Notes under the pieces: generated by a model
What the model was told of the DNA's origin: nothing
What the model saw: only the letters and a program-made list of their open reading frames with translations
The model's database searches: none
Translations under genes and position numbers: made by a program
Assembly (NCBI RefSeq): GCF_020745735.1
Contig: NC_083447.1
Location: 13,162,035 to 13,226,034, forward strand
Direction: 5' to 3'
Origin: Hemiscyllium ocellatum
Taxonomy: Eukaryota
Length of the DNA stretch: 64,000 nucleotides
Shown: in pieces, positions 61,270 to 64,000 of the stretch
Layout of the letters: each line of letters starts with the position of its first letter
Position numbering within the stretch: position 1 is the first letter of the stretch

Positions 61270-61840
61270 CCTTTACACTGTATGTAGGCACTTCATAATT
61301 AGACACATCCTGATTTAAATCTCATCTCAGCCTCCTCTGTCCTTGGAGAAATGTCTATTCATTCCTTATAGCTAAAATACTCCATTTCTGGCAATTCCAT
61401 CCTCACAAATCTCCTCTGCAACCTTTTAAATGAAATCATATTATTCTTGTTGTACAAGAGCCAAACTGTAACCTTGGCCTAACTGACGTTTTATACAATT
61501 CTAAAATGGCATCACAACTCTTGAAAAGTGTCCTGTATACTTTCTTAATCATCTATCTATCTGGCTATCTTCAGGGATGTATGGTTCTTCACTCCAAGGT
61601 CCATTTGTTCCTCAACAATTTTTGTTTCCTGCCATTTGTGTTTTCCCCAAATATATTTCTCCAGACTGGACATCTGTTGATGATCATCCATTGATATCTC
61701 CCTGCGGTTTGCAATTTTGTCTTCTTCACTATCATTCACTCCACTAAATACTGTATCATTATCCAATTTCTTAATTATGCTTCTATATATATATGTCAAA
61801 ATCATTGATATATTTTGTAAAAAGCAAGGGACCCAGCATG
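61270..61840 (-). mobile_element. Very old CR1-type LINE fragment
   Basis: DNDT..SGV, EQMDLGV remnants. Confidence 0.45.
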
Positions 61841-63171
61841 AGAAACTCCACTGGCATCGGGATGTGGAACAAATGTTGGCCTAACCAGTGATGCCCATAT
61901 CCTGTGAGTGAATTTTTAAAAAACTTCTGATGTGAGAGTGGGAGCTGTCATGTCTCACCTACTAGACTACTTGTATGTGGATACTAAAAAATTACCTTTT
62001 TTTGAAGGGTGAGTTAGATGAACGTATAGTGGGCATCACTGGCTTAACACAAGGAAAAAAAATCCCCACGTTATCAATTGAAAATGTTACATTTTTTTGA
62101 CAATCTTAAATGCAACAACAGCCAGAAAATCAATTGTTTCATTGGAAGTTTAATTTTTGAAATGTTGCAAAACTGTGAGAAATTTCAAAGCTGTCTAGGA
62201 CTGTCTATTAAATGTTTAACTCAACACTTACTTATCCTGTCTGGAGAAGCCAAGGACTAGCAGTTTACATATAAACTACTCCATGTGGTGAGTTGGTACA
62301 TGTGGCACTTGCTATTGGGGGCCTTGCTAGAGAAGGCTGTGCAAGCTTTTATGCCGTAGCAACTTTATATGTGACAGATGGTATATTTCATAAGCAGAGA
62401 TTCTGCATCTTTGTACAAGTTGATGTTTGAATTAATGGCATTGCTATTAATACAAATGTGTTAGCAATAGCAGTGGGAATTTTCAATCATCTGCCTTAAC
62501 TTTGGGAGAATTAGATGTTTTCCCCGATCTTGTGCCAAAATTAGAGTGAGAGATTGTAATTCCCCTTGGAAGAAATGTTCTGGTTCCCATAGCACCAAAC
62601 CCCCCCCCCCATAATGAATTTAACCTTTGAGAGACGAAGGAAACTCCACTTGTTGTGGAAAACCACTATGTGAAAAGTAATAAAAAATAAAAGATCAAGG
62701 TCGATCTAATTCATCTTCTATCATCCATGTCAGCATTTGATACATCAATAATTGCTCTGATTAGTCAGCATATCAATCTGTTTTTTGTCAATTGGTCTCT
62801 AACAGGTCCAGACAGGCCATGAGAAAAATCCCAGTGCTGGAGAGATTTAGGAATCATAAGCCTCACCATGACTTGTTCCTCACAATAAATAATCTCAAGT
62901 TCAATATTTCTGGTGGAATTTAAATTCAACTAATAAAATTTGAACATACAAAATCAGAGTTGAAGTAGACTGTTTGGCCTCTCTGCCATTCAGTAAGATT
63001 GTTACTTGTCTGTTTCTGTTTCAAATTCCTTCTGTCTATCCACCCCAATAACTCTTGTTTCCCCTGCTTCACAAGTATCTATCCATCATTGCTTTAACAA
63101 TATTCAGTGTCCCTGCTTCCAATGCTTTCTGAGGCAAAAAGTTCCAAAATCTTTTGACATCTGGTCTCAGT

Positions 63172-63320
63172 AAGGGCATCTGGATGGGTACATGAAAAGG
63201 AAGGGTTTAGTGGGATATAGGCCAAATCCTGGCAAATGGGACTAGATTAATTTAGGATATCTGTTCGGCATGGATGAGTTGGACTGAAACGTCTGTTTCC
63301 GTGTTGCACAACTCTATAAA
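63172..63320 (+). mobile_element. CR1/HER1-type LINE 3' tail
   Basis: Matches 36860-37010. Confidence 0.75.
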
Positions 63321-64000
63321 TCTTTGTGTAATAGCCTTGCAAACCACTCAGTTCAAGAATGAAAAAAGGATCGCTAATACTTTGCCAGGAACACCCACAT
63401 CCAGTGAAAACAAATCAAAGGAATTCAATCTGACTTGTTCATATATCACTGTTTCTTTTGTGGAACTGGATTTATTTTACCATTTCTCTCCTATTGCCAT
63501 AGTTGAAAACCACTATCCTAAGAATTAAGAAAAGTCCAATGCCACTTTTTCAATGCAACTATGTTCACAACTGTGGCCTTACCAAGAACACCCATATCCT
63601 AGGTGCTACAAGGGAAACTCTTTCTTCTCCCTTTTGGTTAAATTCAGCGTTAAGGTTGATCTCGACGTCCTTGAGTCATAGGAGGAAAAGTTGACAGAAC
63701 TTCTCATCTATCATCACTCGCTTTTTTTTTACTTGTCAGAGATGGATGTATATAGACATCAGGTGGGCTGAGTTGGTTAACATACATTGTGGATGCGTGG
63801 TCTCGTTCACATTGGGAGAAAGGTTTTTGGAGAGCACCAGAAGGATGTCAAAAAAGGATTAGACCATTCAGTCCTCCAAACCTGTTCCTACATTTGATTA
63901 AAATTGTGGCTGACTCTGGTTGTAGTCTCAACTGAAAAGAAATGCTGGACATCACAGTAGAGAGAAAGCAAGCTAATGTTTCAAGTCTAGATGACTCTTC

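Overview
Repeat-rich vertebrate genomic DNA, almost certainly from an elasmobranch (shark): it carries HE1-type tRNA-derived SINEs, abundant CR1/HER1-type LINE fragments, Penelope-like elements, L1/Tx1 LINEs and Gypsy remnants. I can support five host genes. Four form a same-strand (minus) tandem array of intact, intronless, mutually diverged thioredoxin-fold genes at about 2.9-3.5, 10.6-10.9, 33.3-33.6 and 40.3-40.7 kb. None has the canonical WCGPC active site (they read WCETC, WCNNC, WCSNC, WCEFC) and all lack the buried Asp26. Each sits in its own small CpG island with a CRE-type motif about 60-100 bp upstream of the ATG. The fifth is a SERTA-domain gene (single coding exon 51330-52163, +), whose probable promoter CpG island is head-to-head with the fourth thioredoxin. 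The main candidate novel system is this retro-derived, non-canonical thioredoxin cluster. I infer, without expression data, that it is a male-germline redox family analogous to mammalian sperm thioredoxins. A second layer is a set of minimal hammerhead-ribozyme motifs carried by Penelope-like termini, several in short inverted or tandem insertions with clear target-site duplications.
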